Sequence record: NC_005260.1
Length of the DNA: 64,000 bases
Strand: one strand, 5' to 3'
The notes beneath the pieces were generated by a model. That model saw only the letters and a program-made list of their open reading frames with translations, ran no database searches and was not told the DNA's origin. The position numbers and the translations under genes were made by a program. Shown here piece after piece: positions 9,484 to 19,007 of this stretch (its first letter is position 1; the number at the start of each line of letters is the position of its first letter).

Positions 9484-9906
9484 TTACGCAGTAACGAAAT
9501 CGGCGATGATACGCGGATTAGCAATGTGGCCACTCAGTTTCCACAGAGATACAGTTTCTGCCGGATTCTTGATCTTGTGTTCACGCGCTACTTCCATAGC
9601 CTGCTTGTCAGTCATCGGGTTCATGAACACGCTTTGACCGTCTGCTTTGGTAATCTGAACAATAGAAGTCAGTTTGCCTTGTTTCACGCCAACACCAATA
9701 TCACTCATGATCTTTTTGGCTTCGGTTTCGGTAATCTCGTCCAGGGACTTTACACTCAGATAAACACGCTTGCCGTCGATTCGCAGAACACCGGAACAAA
9801 CACCGTCACGCCAGGTATAGTCTTCCATCTTGGCAACAGCGCCATGATGTTTGGATTTTTCGTTGTTAACACGTACCATACCACGATAAGATTGTTTTAC
9901 AGCCAT
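9484..9906 (-). CDS. hypothetical protein
   Basis: ORF track 140 aa. Confidence 0.7.
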   Translation of the reverse strand: MAVKQSYRGMVRVNNEKSKHHGAVAKMEDYTWRDGVCSGVLRIDGKRVYLSVKSLDEITETEAKKIMSDIGVGVKQGKLTSIVQITKADGQSVFMNPMTDKQAMEVAREHKIKNPAETVSLWKLSGHIANPRIIADFVTA

Positions 9907-9914
9907 TTTTCACC

Positions 9915-10475
9915 TCAGATAAATTTGAATGTTTGCAGTGCTTCCGGACTCAGATGCACTACCATGTCTTTTTCGATACACAATTTCGAATACAGGTCCA
10001 GTTTATCAGCTTTCACCAGTATGTCAATGATTTTATCGAACTTTTCTTTTGCTTCCCAATCGCCATCAGCAACGATTGTAAATTCAGCAGTAGCAACAAC
10101 GAACTCTCCTTCAATACCACGCGCTTTTGTCAAGCTGTAGGCATAGAAATCAAAGCTTTCGCGCTTTACGACTGCGGCATATTTTCGAACTTCCTCAATG
10201 TTGTGCATTACAGCATCAAGCGGGAACATGGTATTGAAATTGTATTTCCACTTGCCATGATAGTCGAATGCACCACAATGACGTTGAAGATCAGTAAACA
10301 GGCTTTCATGTGAATCTTCGTACATCGGGCGATGTGCGCGATGATTCCAACCACAATGACTATGACCCATTTTACCAGCTTGTCGGCAGTTCACACGCTC
10401 CAGATCATCTTGCATCGGTTTGCGTCCAGTGAACTTTTTAAACCGTTTGGCATCCATTTCAGTTTTAAGGCGCAT
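9915..10475 (-). CDS. hypothetical protein
   Basis: ORF track 186 aa. Confidence 0.7.
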   Translation of the reverse strand: MRLKTEMDAKRFKKFTGRKPMQDDLERVNCRQAGKMGHSHCGWNHRAHRPMYEDSHESLFTDLQRHCGAFDYHGKWKYNFNTMFPLDAVMHNIEEVRKYAAVVKRESFDFYAYSLTKARGIEGEFVVATAEFTIVADGDWEAKEKFDKIIDILVKADKLDLYSKLCIEKDMVVHLSPEALQTFKFI

Positions 10476-10738
10476 TACATGTCCTCCAGAATAACAATCT
10501 CACGATCTTTCGGGTTAGGTTCTATATCAAAGAACGACATAACACCGTCTTTGCGAACTGTGATATAACCAAGATGGCGGTCGCATTGCTCGATTGTATA
10601 TCCTTTGCTTTCAAGAAACATAATTGCTTCACTGCTTGCGTGAGTACGACCACAACCAGTCCAGTCAATCACAGCGGCTTTAGCACCAGCATTAGTAGAA
10701 ACAAACAGAGCGTTGCGAATGTTATGCGGATTAAACAT
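10475..10738 (-). CDS. hypothetical protein
   Basis: ORF track 87 aa with GAGGAA RBS and upstream promoter. Confidence 0.7.
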   Translation of the reverse strand: MFNPHNIRNALFVSTNAGAKAAVIDWTGCGRTHASSEAIMFLESKGYTIEQCDRHLGYITVRKDGVMSFFDIEPNPKDREIVILEDM

Positions 10739-10760
10739 GATGATTTCCTCTTGTTTTGAT

Positions 10761-10795
10761 GTGACTCATTATACAGTAACGAGCCACTCCGTCAA
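10761..10795 (-). promoter_or_regulatory. early-type promoter TTGACG-16-TATAAT with imperfect inverted repeat over the -10
   Basis: -35 at 10790-10795, -10 at 10768-10773. Confidence 0.65.
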
Positions 10796-11194
10796 TCACT
10801 TTTTCAATACTTTTGGATCAAAATGCCAGTACCGATATGTCTTGCTACCATGAACAAAGCGTTGGAACACGATACCATGGGTTTTGCGCATATGCTCGAT
10901 GTTTTCATCCGACTGATTGAACACAAAACGGACATCACGCTCCCAAGTCTCGCGCCAGCGAGTTTTAGACAATTCGTTGGTCTTGTCGTCCTTACGATTA
11001 TACATGTCCATGTGAGCGTTGAAATCGTCATTATCTCGCAGCAGATCAACAATATCATTATTGCTGAATTTCACATACGGAACGGATTGCATCTGCGGAA
11101 TACCAAACTTGATCACTGCCGCTTTGATACTCAGTTTCATTTTGCGGTCTCCACCAGAACTTTCATACCAGCTGGGACAGTCACGACAAGACAA
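10796..11194 (-). CDS. hypothetical protein
   Basis: ORF track; true start probably MKLSIK. Confidence 0.65.
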   Translation of the reverse strand: MSCRDCPSWYESSGGDRKMKLSIKAAVIKFGIPQMQSVPYVKFSNNDIVDLLRDNDDFNAHMDMYNRKDDKTNELSKTRWRETWERDVRFVFNQSDENIEHMRKTHGIVFQRFVHGSKTYRYWHFDPKVLKK

Positions 11195-11640
11195 TCGCGG
11201 AACATACGAGTAGTAAACTCGGGTTTCTTTTCTTGTGTCTTTTCAGGCAGATTACTTTCTGCTTTCTTCACTGCTTCCGCAAAGTCGTTCAGATCTTGCG
11301 GCTTCTCTTCGCGTTTGCTAACCCATGCTTTGCCGTCATGATGAATGTTATGGCGAGCATACATCTTGATCGCAATCGGGCTAGATGATTTCAGCAGATC
11401 GCGAATGATTGCATGCCAGCGTGGGCGCTTGTCTACTTGCTTGCCATTAGCACCGGTTGGAACTTGCAGCAGAGCACGATTGCGACGCAGGTAATCTACA
11501 AAAGATTTGTTCCGTTCGAGTTCATCGATCAGAATCTTCGGCGTAACAGCTCGATGTTGTACCATAGACAGAAACACGATGTTGGCGAATTTCTTGATCT
11601 CGGTACGAACGATAGTCGGAATAGACGGATGTTTGCTCAT
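11137..11640 (-). CDS. hypothetical protein
   Basis: ORF track 167 aa, GAGGT RBS. Confidence 0.7.
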   Translation of the reverse strand: MSKHPSIPTIVRTEIKKFANIVFLSMVQHRAVTPKILIDELERNKSFVDYLRRNRALLQVPTGANGKQVDKRPRWHAIIRDLLKSSSPIAIKMYARHNIHHDGKAWVSKREEKPQDLNDFAEAVKKAESNLPEKTQEKKPEFTTRMFRDCLVVTVPAGMKVLVETAK

Positions 11641-11650
11641 TTTTAACCTC

Positions 11651-11998
11651 TTAGTTAGAGTTCAGGTGTTCTTTCAAAACTCGGATGTGTTCAGGACTCA
11701 AGCCACGAAGTTGCTTTTTTGCCTCTTCCAACAGATTATAATCCCGATTATGGTGTTCGTCAACAACAACGCGATAAGATTCACTAAAAGAAGATTTGGT
11801 GACTTTCACGCCTTTTGCTTCGTTCAAATGGTCAGCCCTCAGAACTTCAACCGGTTGAAAGTTATATCCGTAGTATGGATTCTTTCCCTGCAAAAGTAGG
11901 AGACTTACAATCTTTTTGATTTCACCAGAGTAAACACCAAGATGACGAATCGAGCGACCTTCACAATCGCCTTCAGTCGTTACGCTATAAGTTGCCAT
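11651..11998 (-). CDS. hypothetical protein
   Basis: ORF track 115 aa. Confidence 0.7.
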   Translation of the reverse strand: MATYSVTTEGDCEGRSIRHLGVYSGEIKKIVSLLLLQGKNPYYGYNFQPVEVLRADHLNEAKGVKVTKSSFSESYRVVVDEHHNRDYNLLEEAKKQLRGLSPEHIRVLKEHLNSN

Positions 11999-12006
11999 GA
12001 TTTGCC

Positions 12007-12204
12007 TCAGATTTTGAATTTAACGATTTCGGACCCATGAACTACGATTACAGTTTGACGCTTGCGCCAGAACTGATACCACTTTACCTTTACATACTCG
12101 GCCATCTGCATCACTTGTTCAACAGAAGCAGATGTAACGGAGATTTCGCCGTTCGGCAGAGTCATCATAACTTGGTCATTCACGATTTGCAGATTCATAA
12201 TCAT
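12007..12204 (-). CDS. hypothetical protein
   Basis: ORF track 65 aa, CTGAGGAA RBS. Confidence 0.6.
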   Translation of the reverse strand: MIMNLQIVNDQVMMTLPNGEISVTSASVEQVMQMAEYVKVKWYQFWRKRQTVIVVHGSEIVKFKI

Positions 12205-12318
12205 TTCCTCAGGGTAGTTGATTCATCAAACTTGACAAAGCTTCGGCATACGCTAGGCCAAATCCCATCATCATTATAAAGAATGCGATTTTCATTTCTT
12301 TATCCGGTTGTCTTGATG

Positions 12319-12351
12319 TGGACATCTTATCAGGATGTCCATACATGTCAA
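12319..12351 (-). promoter_or_regulatory. early-type promoter TTGACA-16-TAAGAT with 8-bp inverted repeat
   Basis: tggacatc/gatgtcca flanks the -10. Confidence 0.6.
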
Positions 12352-12356
12352 TCAAA

Positions 12357-13085
12357 TTAGAAAATAACTTTTAGTTGTTCGATGTAAAGATCAAGTTCGT
12401 CAGTATCATGTTCGCCGTCAGTAGCACAGATAACAGTCGATTTGATGTGCGTTACCTGCTCTTCCCAAGTGAACCGAGCTTCGGATTTAGAATTCTTGAT
12501 CTTGTTCCGAGTCGTATTCAACAGTTGCAGATTGTTCGGAGTAAATGCAACCTGTTGATTGTCATATACACTGGTAGCGTGATCTACATCAAAATAAGTT
12601 CCGCCACACAATGAGTTGATACGCTTTGAAATTGCCCAGAAATCATAGTACCGGATTTGATCTCGTTTACAAAGCTTTCCAACATATTCTTTTTCTGCCA
12701 TTTTTCGGCTGATTGTCTGCTTAGACAGACCGGAATAATCGTCTGGAGTTTCCTGTTCAACATCTAGCGCCTGATCTTCTTCTACCTCAACTTCATCTTC
12801 CAAATCGGATTGATCTTTCAGATAAAATCGACGTATTCCGTCTTCTCCGACTTCAAGATCAACATGATTTTTGGAAGAAGGATAATTATGCAGTCGATCA
12901 TATACATAATACACAAAGTTTCTGGCTTTCTCTTCGCTGCCCTGCTTCTTAACAGTTGCATCGAATGATTCTTGATTACTTTCAATCGCATAGTTAGCAA
13001 TTTCAAGTCCAGTTGATCCATTTCCAACGGATTTTATTGCATCGACGATCAGATTTACGTTTGTCATTGCCAGAACTTTACGCAT
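12357..13085 (-). CDS. protein with C-terminal HNH-like nuclease motif
   Basis: FDVDHATSV...NNLQLLNTTRNKIKN matches the DH...NL...N pattern. Confidence 0.55.
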   Translation of the reverse strand: MRKVLAMTNVNLIVDAIKSVGNGSTGLEIANYAIESNQESFDATVKKQGSEEKARNFVYYVYDRLHNYPSSKNHVDLEVGEDGIRRFYLKDQSDLEDEVEVEEDQALDVEQETPDDYSGLSKQTISRKMAEKEYVGKLCKRDQIRYYDFWAISKRINSLCGGTYFDVDHATSVYDNQQVAFTPNNLQLLNTTRNKIKNSKSEARFTWEEQVTHIKSTVICATDGEHDTDELDLYIEQLKVIF

Positions 13086-13181
13086 GATATTTTTCTCAAT
13101 TTGTGTTTCGATGTGGTTATATTAACAGAACTAGATTTCGATGCAAGCACTTTCTGGAAAATAAAACCCGCCGAAGCGGGT

Positions 13182-13403
13182 TTAGTCTTTCTTGGATGCC
13201 AACATTGCTGCCATCAGCATTTCGTGGCGCTTTTGTTCTTCTTTCTCTTTGCGCAGATTCGGCAGAATCAGCAACAGAATGATGGAGAAAAGCGGAGTAA
13301 GGAAAATGGTGATGATTAACCAACCCAGAACAGAACGTCCGCGAGAGTTTGCCAGTACCAGTGTAACGATCAGAAACACTAGCCACCCGATTACGATTGT
13401 CAT
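13182..13403 (-). CDS. small membrane protein
   Basis: Two hydrophobic segments, 73 aa. Confidence 0.7.
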   Translation of the reverse strand: MTIVIGWLVFLIVTLVLANSRGRSVLGWLIITIFLTPLFSIILLLILPNLRKEKEEQKRHEMLMAAMLASKKD

Positions 13404-13856
13404 TTAATTACCTTTATGATAGTTGATAGCGTATTCTTTCAGCTCTTGATAAAAAGCCTGATATTCGATTGTGCGAATAATGTCCTTAGGACCGATGCCC
13501 TTCAAACGTCGGATATCGCTATTGGTGCGCAAGTCGCTCATTTTGATGTAAACGGAACGAATATCCAGTTTAACCCGAGCTTTGTAATCTTCTTTACTTT
13601 CACCCGGACGTTTACTCACGTTGTCAACGAGTTGAACAGCTTCGAGACTCATACCATTGGAGATCAACAGGTCTCGACCATTCTCGATATCTTCGATGAT
13701 GTCGTGAGCCAGTGCAGCTTGTTTGGTAGCTTCATCGGCACATTCAGGAAGTCCTTTCAGAACTGCCAAACAATGTTCAAAATACGGGTGACCGCCTTTG
13801 TCGTTTATATCAGCGAATGCGGTTGCTACCAGGGCATACAGTTTAGCTAAAGTCAT
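13404..13856 (-). CDS. HD-domain (p)ppGpp-hydrolase-like protein (small alarmone hydrolase/Mesh1 type)
   Basis: DKGGHPYFEH, AALAHDIIED, IKMSDLRTN motifs. Confidence 0.75.
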   Translation of the reverse strand: MTLAKLYALVATAFADINDKGGHPYFEHCLAVLKGLPECADEATKQAALAHDIIEDIENGRDLLISNGMSLEAVQLVDNVSKRPGESKEDYKARVKLDIRSVYIKMSDLRTNSDIRRLKGIGPKDIIRTIEYQAFYQELKEYAINYHKGN

Positions 13857-14112
13857 GTTCTTTCTCCAATTGTTCTAGCTCTTGAGATAACATCATATCA
13901 CGCTTGGCATGATAGTCAACCTTTTCTTTCGAATATTTGATCTCTTCTACCAAATGTTTTCGATAGTCTCGAATCGCCGTACACAAGCTAGGACAATCCT
14001 TTGTCCCGTATGAGTGTTTGGCAAAGCCGTCAACACAGAATGTCCAGTTCAAACACGATATTGATTTGTCGGTATCACAAATTGAATACCGACCGTTTTG
14101 ATGGATTATCAT
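13843..14112 (-). CDS. hypothetical protein
   Basis: ORF track 89 aa. Confidence 0.6.
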   Translation of the reverse strand: MIIHQNGRYSICDTDKSISCLNWTFCVDGFAKHSYGTKDCPSLCTAIRDYRKHLVEEIKYSKEKVDYHAKRDMMLSQELEQLEKEHDFS

Positions 14113-14115
14113 AGA

Positions 14116-15045
14116 TCACCAGTAAATTTGGCCAGCCAGTTTGGCAGCAGCCACGTTTTTGAACTTAGCCTCTACCATGATATCCCAACTGCGAATATAG
14201 GTAGATAGAACTTCTTCGATTGCGTATTCGGTAATCATATCGCTATGAGCGCACAGATCACGGAAATTGTCGGTACCGCGAGATTGCGAAACATGCATCT
14301 TGGCGCGACACTTACGGCCAATCCAAGTACCAAGAATTCGATGTGCCAGCGGATCAGTACCACGCAGCAGAATACCGCCATCGGTCTTGTTGCAACGGTG
14401 ATGATGAATATCAAACACCAATGGGAATCCGTATTTCTCACAGACTTCCAGTGTCCGAGTCAAAGTGCCAGTCTTTTCGTCGTTCTCGAAAGTCAGATAA
14501 GATTTCAGATGATCGCTCATACGTTCAACCGGAATAATATCAGTCTTGCCGTTAAGATGGATATTAATGATGCCTTCACCCATTGGAACAAGTAGATGTT
14601 TCAGGATGAAAGTATGCATTTCAAGATCAATCAAAGCAGCGTCAACAACTTCCGGCTTGTCACTGTTTACAACAGTATACTGGGACGGATGCATGGACAA
14701 CCGAATGCCATATCTTTGAGCAACATCACCGATCAGTGCCAGTTTGTATGTGATGCGTTTATTCAGATCCTCATACAGCTTGCCATATTTCGGGTGGGTG
14801 AACAACGGCAACAGATCGGATGTAACACGCAACATACGACGATTTTGTGGCAGTTTTGCAACACGCAGAACAAGATTTTCCAGCGCCTGCAAATTATCAT
14901 TGACTTTATCAGCCAGCTTTTTCTTTGCGGCGATCTCGTTCAGCTTGTCCATATCACATACGCGAACGGTACCGAACTTGGTATCTTTGAATTGCTTGAA
15001 TTCGCCATTTATCACTTCACCCATTTGACACGCAAAACCGATCAT
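14116..15045 (-). CDS. uvsE: UV-damage endonuclease UvsE/UVDE
   Basis: IGFAC, RVTSDLLP, RLSMHPSQY, LTFEND, VFDIHHH, KMHVSQ, AHSD, MVEAK motifs. Confidence 0.9.
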   Translation of the reverse strand: MIGFACQMGEVINGEFKQFKDTKFGTVRVCDMDKLNEIAAKKKLADKVNDNLQALENLVLRVAKLPQNRRMLRVTSDLLPLFTHPKYGKLYEDLNKRITYKLALIGDVAQRYGIRLSMHPSQYTVVNSDKPEVVDAALIDLEMHTFILKHLLVPMGEGIINIHLNGKTDIIPVERMSDHLKSYLTFENDEKTGTLTRTLEVCEKYGFPLVFDIHHHRCNKTDGGILLRGTDPLAHRILGTWIGRKCRAKMHVSQSRGTDNFRDLCAHSDMITEYAIEEVLSTYIRSWDIMVEAKFKNVAAAKLAGQIYW

Positions 15046-15066
15046 GATTTATTCCTCAATTGATTA

Positions 15067-15104
15067 AGTGCGACCATTATAGATCGCACTGATTTGGATT
15101 ACAA
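15067..15104 (-). promoter_or_regulatory. promoter TTGTAA-17-TATAAT with -10 in the loop of a 7-bp inverted repeat
   Basis: agtgcga...tcgcact around attata 15076-15081. Confidence 0.6.
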
Positions 15105-15109
15105 GCTTT

Positions 15110-15532
15110 TTAGAACTCCGGGTTCATTTTGCTGTGAGTACCAGCAACAAGAGCAAATGTCTTGAAGTACAACCACTGACCGGTAAGCTTTTTGCGCCAG
15201 AACACGCGGCCGTCAGAAGTCTTGATAGTTTTCAGACTATCAGAGATTTTCACGATGGTGCCACACGGGTAGTAATCACCGTTGAAAGTCATGCTGACTT
15301 CATCACCGACTTTAGGCATTTCGATTACATCAAAGCGCGGGCTTACCCATTCGCCTTTGTCGATTGCCAGAAGATTGCGACCTTCGAATTCATCGACAAC
15401 AGCTTGAGCATTCTCCAGTGATTTGAAGTCCCAGCGAGAAACGATGTAGTGTGTACGGTCAGATTCGCGGGCAGCCATGGCTGTTTTGATGTCGGTGTAG
15501 ATTTCTTTGGTGTTCAGGTTGAAGTGCAGCAT
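15110..15532 (-). CDS. hypothetical protein
   Basis: ORF track 140 aa, CTGAGGAA RBS. Confidence 0.75.
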   Translation of the reverse strand: MLHFNLNTKEIYTDIKTAMAARESDRTHYIVSRWDFKSLENAQAVVDEFEGRNLLAIDKGEWVSPRFDVIEMPKVGDEVSMTFNGDYYPCGTIVKISDSLKTIKTSDGRVFWRKKLTGQWLYFKTFALVAGTHSKMNPEF

Positions 15533-15571
15533 GATGTATTCCTCAGAGTTTTAGTTGAGATTGTTTCGTCT

Positions 15572-15610
15572 TGATGTGGCTATAGTATCAATAGCCACAT
15601 CAGCGGTCAA
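15572..15610 (-). promoter_or_regulatory. promoter TTGACC-17-TACTAT within a 12-bp perfect inverted repeat
   Basis: tgatgtggctat 15572-15583 / atagccacatca 15591-15602. Confidence 0.65.
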
Positions 15611-16177
15611 CTACTTTTTACAGATAGAAACGAATTTTTTCATATCATCGGCAACAAAAACGTAATCGCGCATAAAGATTGCAACCTTTACCATGTTGCC
15701 AGATTTGATTGAGTCAACTACCGTTTCCTTTGGATACGTTTCGTACATATAAACATCAAATGTACCAACTTGGAATTTAGTTGCCCTACGAGTAAGTAAT
15801 TTCCCACCATCATATGATGAAACCGTAGCTTCTGCGACAGGAACAGGAGTCAGTGAATCTCCGTCATCCGCATAATATTTTTGCAGAGGAGAGTCGGTAA
15901 AAATAGATGCGGCAACGCTATCATTTACCGAATTACAAACGAGCTTGATCTTGGCGGAATGAATAAAATCGTTATTAACATGACTATAAAATGATTTTTC
16001 ATATGAATAATCAGTTTCAGAATAAGCAGTTTTAATTACATCAATCCCACCGATACGCTCTTGTGTAACAGTAGCGCAACCGGTGGACAGAGCAGCAAGA
16101 GCGATAACAACAACTGACATAAACTTTTTCATTTTTGTTTCCTTAATTAATAATCTTTTTGATTCCGACCGGCACAT
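15611..16177 (-). CDS. predicted lipoprotein
   Basis: Internal start MKKFMSVVVIALAALSTGC with lipobox. Confidence 0.7.
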   Translation of the reverse strand: MCRSESKRLLIKETKMKKFMSVVVIALAALSTGCATVTQERIGGIDVIKTAYSETDYSYEKSFYSHVNNDFIHSAKIKLVCNSVNDSVAASIFTDSPLQKYYADDGDSLTPVPVAEATVSSYDGGKLLTRRATKFQVGTFDVYMYETYPKETVVDSIKSGNMVKVAIFMRDYVFVADDMKKFVSICKK

Positions 16178-16518
16178 CTTACCATTTCTGTATAAACACG
16201 AATGCTTTTTTCATATGGGTCATCCACGTTTTCCATATCGCGATAGAAATCTTTATGATTTCGATTTTCGCGGATATATCTCCCGAGATAGCAACTGATT
16301 CCGGTCAGATAAGTGCGCATGGATTGAGTGTTCAACATATCAGTCGGGATAGTCTGTAGGAGTTCCTTCAAATCGTTGAAACGTTCTACCACTTTTTGGT
16401 ATTGTTCGTCAAATTTATCAAACTCAGATAGACCGATCCGAAGTCGATTCATAATTCGAAGATCAAACGCAAGTTCGCGAGTTAGTACGCCAAACTTACT
16501 TGCAAAATCAGGATTCAT
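16147..16518 (-). CDS. hypothetical protein
   Basis: ORF track 123 aa. Confidence 0.6.
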   Translation of the reverse strand: MNPDFASKFGVLTRELAFDLRIMNRLRIGLSEFDKFDEQYQKVVERFNDLKELLQTIPTDMLNTQSMRTYLTGISCYLGRYIRENRNHKDFYRDMENVDDPYEKSIRVYTEMVRCAGRNQKDY

Positions 16519-16795
16519 TTGATCTCCCTTTTATGATTTTCATTTCCATTTCCGCACAAGCAGCGTTATAAAAATCGCGCTTGGCTTGTGCCACCTCAGG
16601 AACAACTACGTTCATTCGATGCATATACAGATCATCAAGTCGATTAAGAAGCTTGACACCATCGCGGGACAACTTACCATTAACAGTTTGTGCCTGCTTC
16701 TCGATCTCGATTGCTCGAATACATTCCAACTGATAATCAGCCGACATTTGTCGTTCTTTCAGTCGCTTGTATACTTCCATAATATCAATTTGCAT
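16508..16795 (-). CDS. hypothetical protein
   Basis: ORF track 95 aa. Confidence 0.65.
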   Translation of the reverse strand: MQIDIMEVYKRLKERQMSADYQLECIRAIEIEKQAQTVNGKLSRDGVKLLNRLDDLYMHRMNVVVPEVAQAKRDFYNAACAEMEMKIIKGRSNES

Positions 16796-17117
16796 TTTTC
16801 AATCCTATGTACCAGAGTTTACCGACACTGGTATGTTGATACTTTTCTTTGTCCCACATACGACGTCGAACGGCAGTTGTGTGTGCATTATCACCGCTCG
16901 TTTTATCTAGCCAGCGCATCATGATACGGAAACAAAGTCCCACGTCCAGTCTGAATTCACAAGCCATTTCGTCGTACAGCTTATCGTTGACATAAAGCCG
17001 ACAATGATACTTGTTGTTGATCCTTGTCAGCTTAGTCTCGGTCTTTAGTTCGCTCAAATAAGACGCTCCCCAGTTACAACAGTCTTGCCACTTGAATAGT
17101 AGCCATACTGTTTCCAC
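16785..17117 (-). CDS. hypothetical protein
   Basis: ORF track 110 aa. Confidence 0.6.
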   Translation of the reverse strand: METVWLLFKWQDCCNWGASYLSELKTETKLTRINNKYHCRLYVNDKLYDEMACEFRLDVGLCFRIMMRWLDKTSGDNAHTTAVRRRMWDKEKYQHTSVGKLWYIGLKNAN

Positions 17118-17239
17118 TTTCTCATATTGCCAATCATGATGTTCTTTGCCGCTTGTTCCGCTTTCTCCGCAGTATCATAAGAAACAGTATAATCAACACG
17201 GGAAACACCTACAGCAGATACGAACGGATAAAATTTCAT
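17054..17239 (-). CDS. hypothetical protein
   Basis: ORF track 61 aa, GAGGAG RBS. Confidence 0.55.
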   Translation of the reverse strand: MKFYPFVSAVGVSRVDYTVSYDTAEKAEQAAKNIMIGNMRKWKQYGYYSSGKTVVTGERLI

Positions 17240-17489
17240 GATTAGCTCCTCGGATTTGATAAAGTGATTGTATCAGAGTCCATCGTCATCAAGCAAGCAT
17301 TATTTGATGATGAATTCGATTACCGGATTGGTGATGATCTGATAGACACCAACGGTTGACAGACTAAACAAAAACATCTTAACGACGCAGTTCCCAAATC
17401 CGTTGGAGCTCCACATCAGAGTAAGAACACCAAGAACAAAAACACTCACAAGCATATAGATAGTCAACATAATTCATTTCCTTTAGTTA

Positions 17490-17562
17490 GTTTCGATGTA
17501 GCTATATTATCAGGTTCATATCCGGTGTCAACAAAAAAGGCACCCGAAGGTGCCTTTATTTT
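17490..17562 (-). promoter_or_regulatory. terminator hairpin + early promoter cassette (PeSL-like)
   Basis: AAAGGCAC-CTTCGG-GTGCCTTTTTT directly followed by TTGACA...TAATAT and the conserved ACATCGAAAC leader. Confidence 0.7.
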
Positions 17563-19007
17563 TACGCTTGTTCGTCGCTACGTGCGCGAGCTTCATCAAA
17601 CAGTGCTTTGGTATAGCTATGAGAGCAAACACCGTCCATCAGATAGGTAACAAACTCGTTACTGTGCTCATACTGGGCATATTGCGGGTCAAGAACGTTA
17701 ACAGTCTTGTATTGACCGTCGATCTTGATCAGACGCATACGACCGGCTTTAGAAGCTTTCCATGCAGCGTCTTTCGGATTCTTACGAACACCACGCCATT
17801 TGCCGTTTACGCGAATCGCAGAGCATTTGTAAGCCCATTTCTGAGTGTCACGGTCGCATTTCTGCAACAGACCACCACCCATACCGAAAGCTACGTTTTC
17901 AACACTATAACCCAGCTCTTTGATGAACTTCAAGCAGGCTTCGATATCCTTATCGGAACTCAGGCCGTCACCTTGGATTACGCGGTAGCTACCATGCAGA
18001 ACTTTATAGCCTTTGCTGTTCACAGTGAAACCAACGTTTTTCGCGATAGTCTCCAGGGCATACCCGATATTATCGAACATGTCACCAGAGTCAGGACGAA
18101 TCACACAAGTACCGCCACGTGCCAGAATCTCTTTCTTGAACTCACCGGTAGTCAGACGATCAACGGCAGATTTGTAGTCGATAGAGTCGGCAACAATCGC
18201 ATACACACCGTCACCCCATTGGCGAATGCTGTTCCAGAATGCTTCATCTTCCTGTTCAGGAGTCAGCAAACCTTCATCACCATAGCAAATGGTAGTGCTG
18301 TGCTCACGCGCTGGGATACTGATACCAACAGCGATATCATGAGCCAGATTGTAGATGTCTTGTGCCATAATCAGAGCTTCAACGGTATCAGTACCGATAA
18401 AGTTGATCAGATGCGCCAGACCACCCAGTTTTGCTGCTTGCTCACAAGTCGCACCACGAGCACCGAAGTCGTGCAGGCGAGTTTTCAGAACGAAATCAAA
18501 GTCGGCACCGGTCAGATCTGAGGTTTCTTTCAGATACTTTTTCACCAGCTTCTTGATTTTGAAACTCAGAGTAGCAACAGAACTCGGATACCAGTGACCA
18601 CGCAACACGAAAGTTTCGAGGTGTCCACCAACACTGAATTCAGGGCCGAAAGTTTCAACAACCATAGTTGCATTACGACCGGGGATAACTTGTCCGTCTT
18701 TTACACCGTACATATTAACCGGCAGCTTACCACCACGTTCAGTTGCAATTTTCATCCACATATCATAAGCGAATACATCGCGTCCGAAGTGTGATTTGAA
18801 AAGCATGTTAGCGCGAGTTACGTCGGCGACGGTAATGCCCTGCTCCAGGACACGCGCAACAAAGTGAAGACCAGACAACATCACATCATCATCAACACGC
18901 GGCTCGGCATAGAAGCTTGCAGCGTCGGTGCCTTGCGGGAATTGCCAAGGATGGGTGATTTTGTAAGAGTCGGTGGATGCACACAGATTAGATTTAAATA
19001 CGTTCAT
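17562..19007 (-). CDS. nadV: nicotinamide phosphoribosyltransferase (NAD salvage)
   Basis: STDSYKITH, RLHDFGARG, IPAREHST, VADSID, VIRPDSG, VIQGDG, FGMGGGLLQ, DTQKWAYK; probable start MNVFKS at 19007 with GGGAG RBS. Confidence 0.92.
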   Translation of the reverse strand: MNVFKSNLCASTDSYKITHPWQFPQGTDAASFYAEPRVDDDVMLSGLHFVARVLEQGITVADVTRANMLFKSHFGRDVFAYDMWMKIATERGGKLPVNMYGVKDGQVIPGRNATMVVETFGPEFSVGGHLETFVLRGHWYPSSVATLSFKIKKLVKKYLKETSDLTGADFDFVLKTRLHDFGARGATCEQAAKLGGLAHLINFIGTDTVEALIMAQDIYNLAHDIAVGISIPAREHSTTICYGDEGLLTPEQEDEAFWNSIRQWGDGVYAIVADSIDYKSAVDRLTTGEFKKEILARGGTCVIRPDSGDMFDNIGYALETIAKNVGFTVNSKGYKVLHGSYRVIQGDGLSSDKDIEACLKFIKELGYSVENVAFGMGGGLLQKCDRDTQKWAYKCSAIRVNGKWRGVRKNPKDAAWKASKAGRMRLIKIDGQYKTVNVLDPQYAQYEHSNEFVTYLMDGVCSHSYTKALFDEARARSDEQA

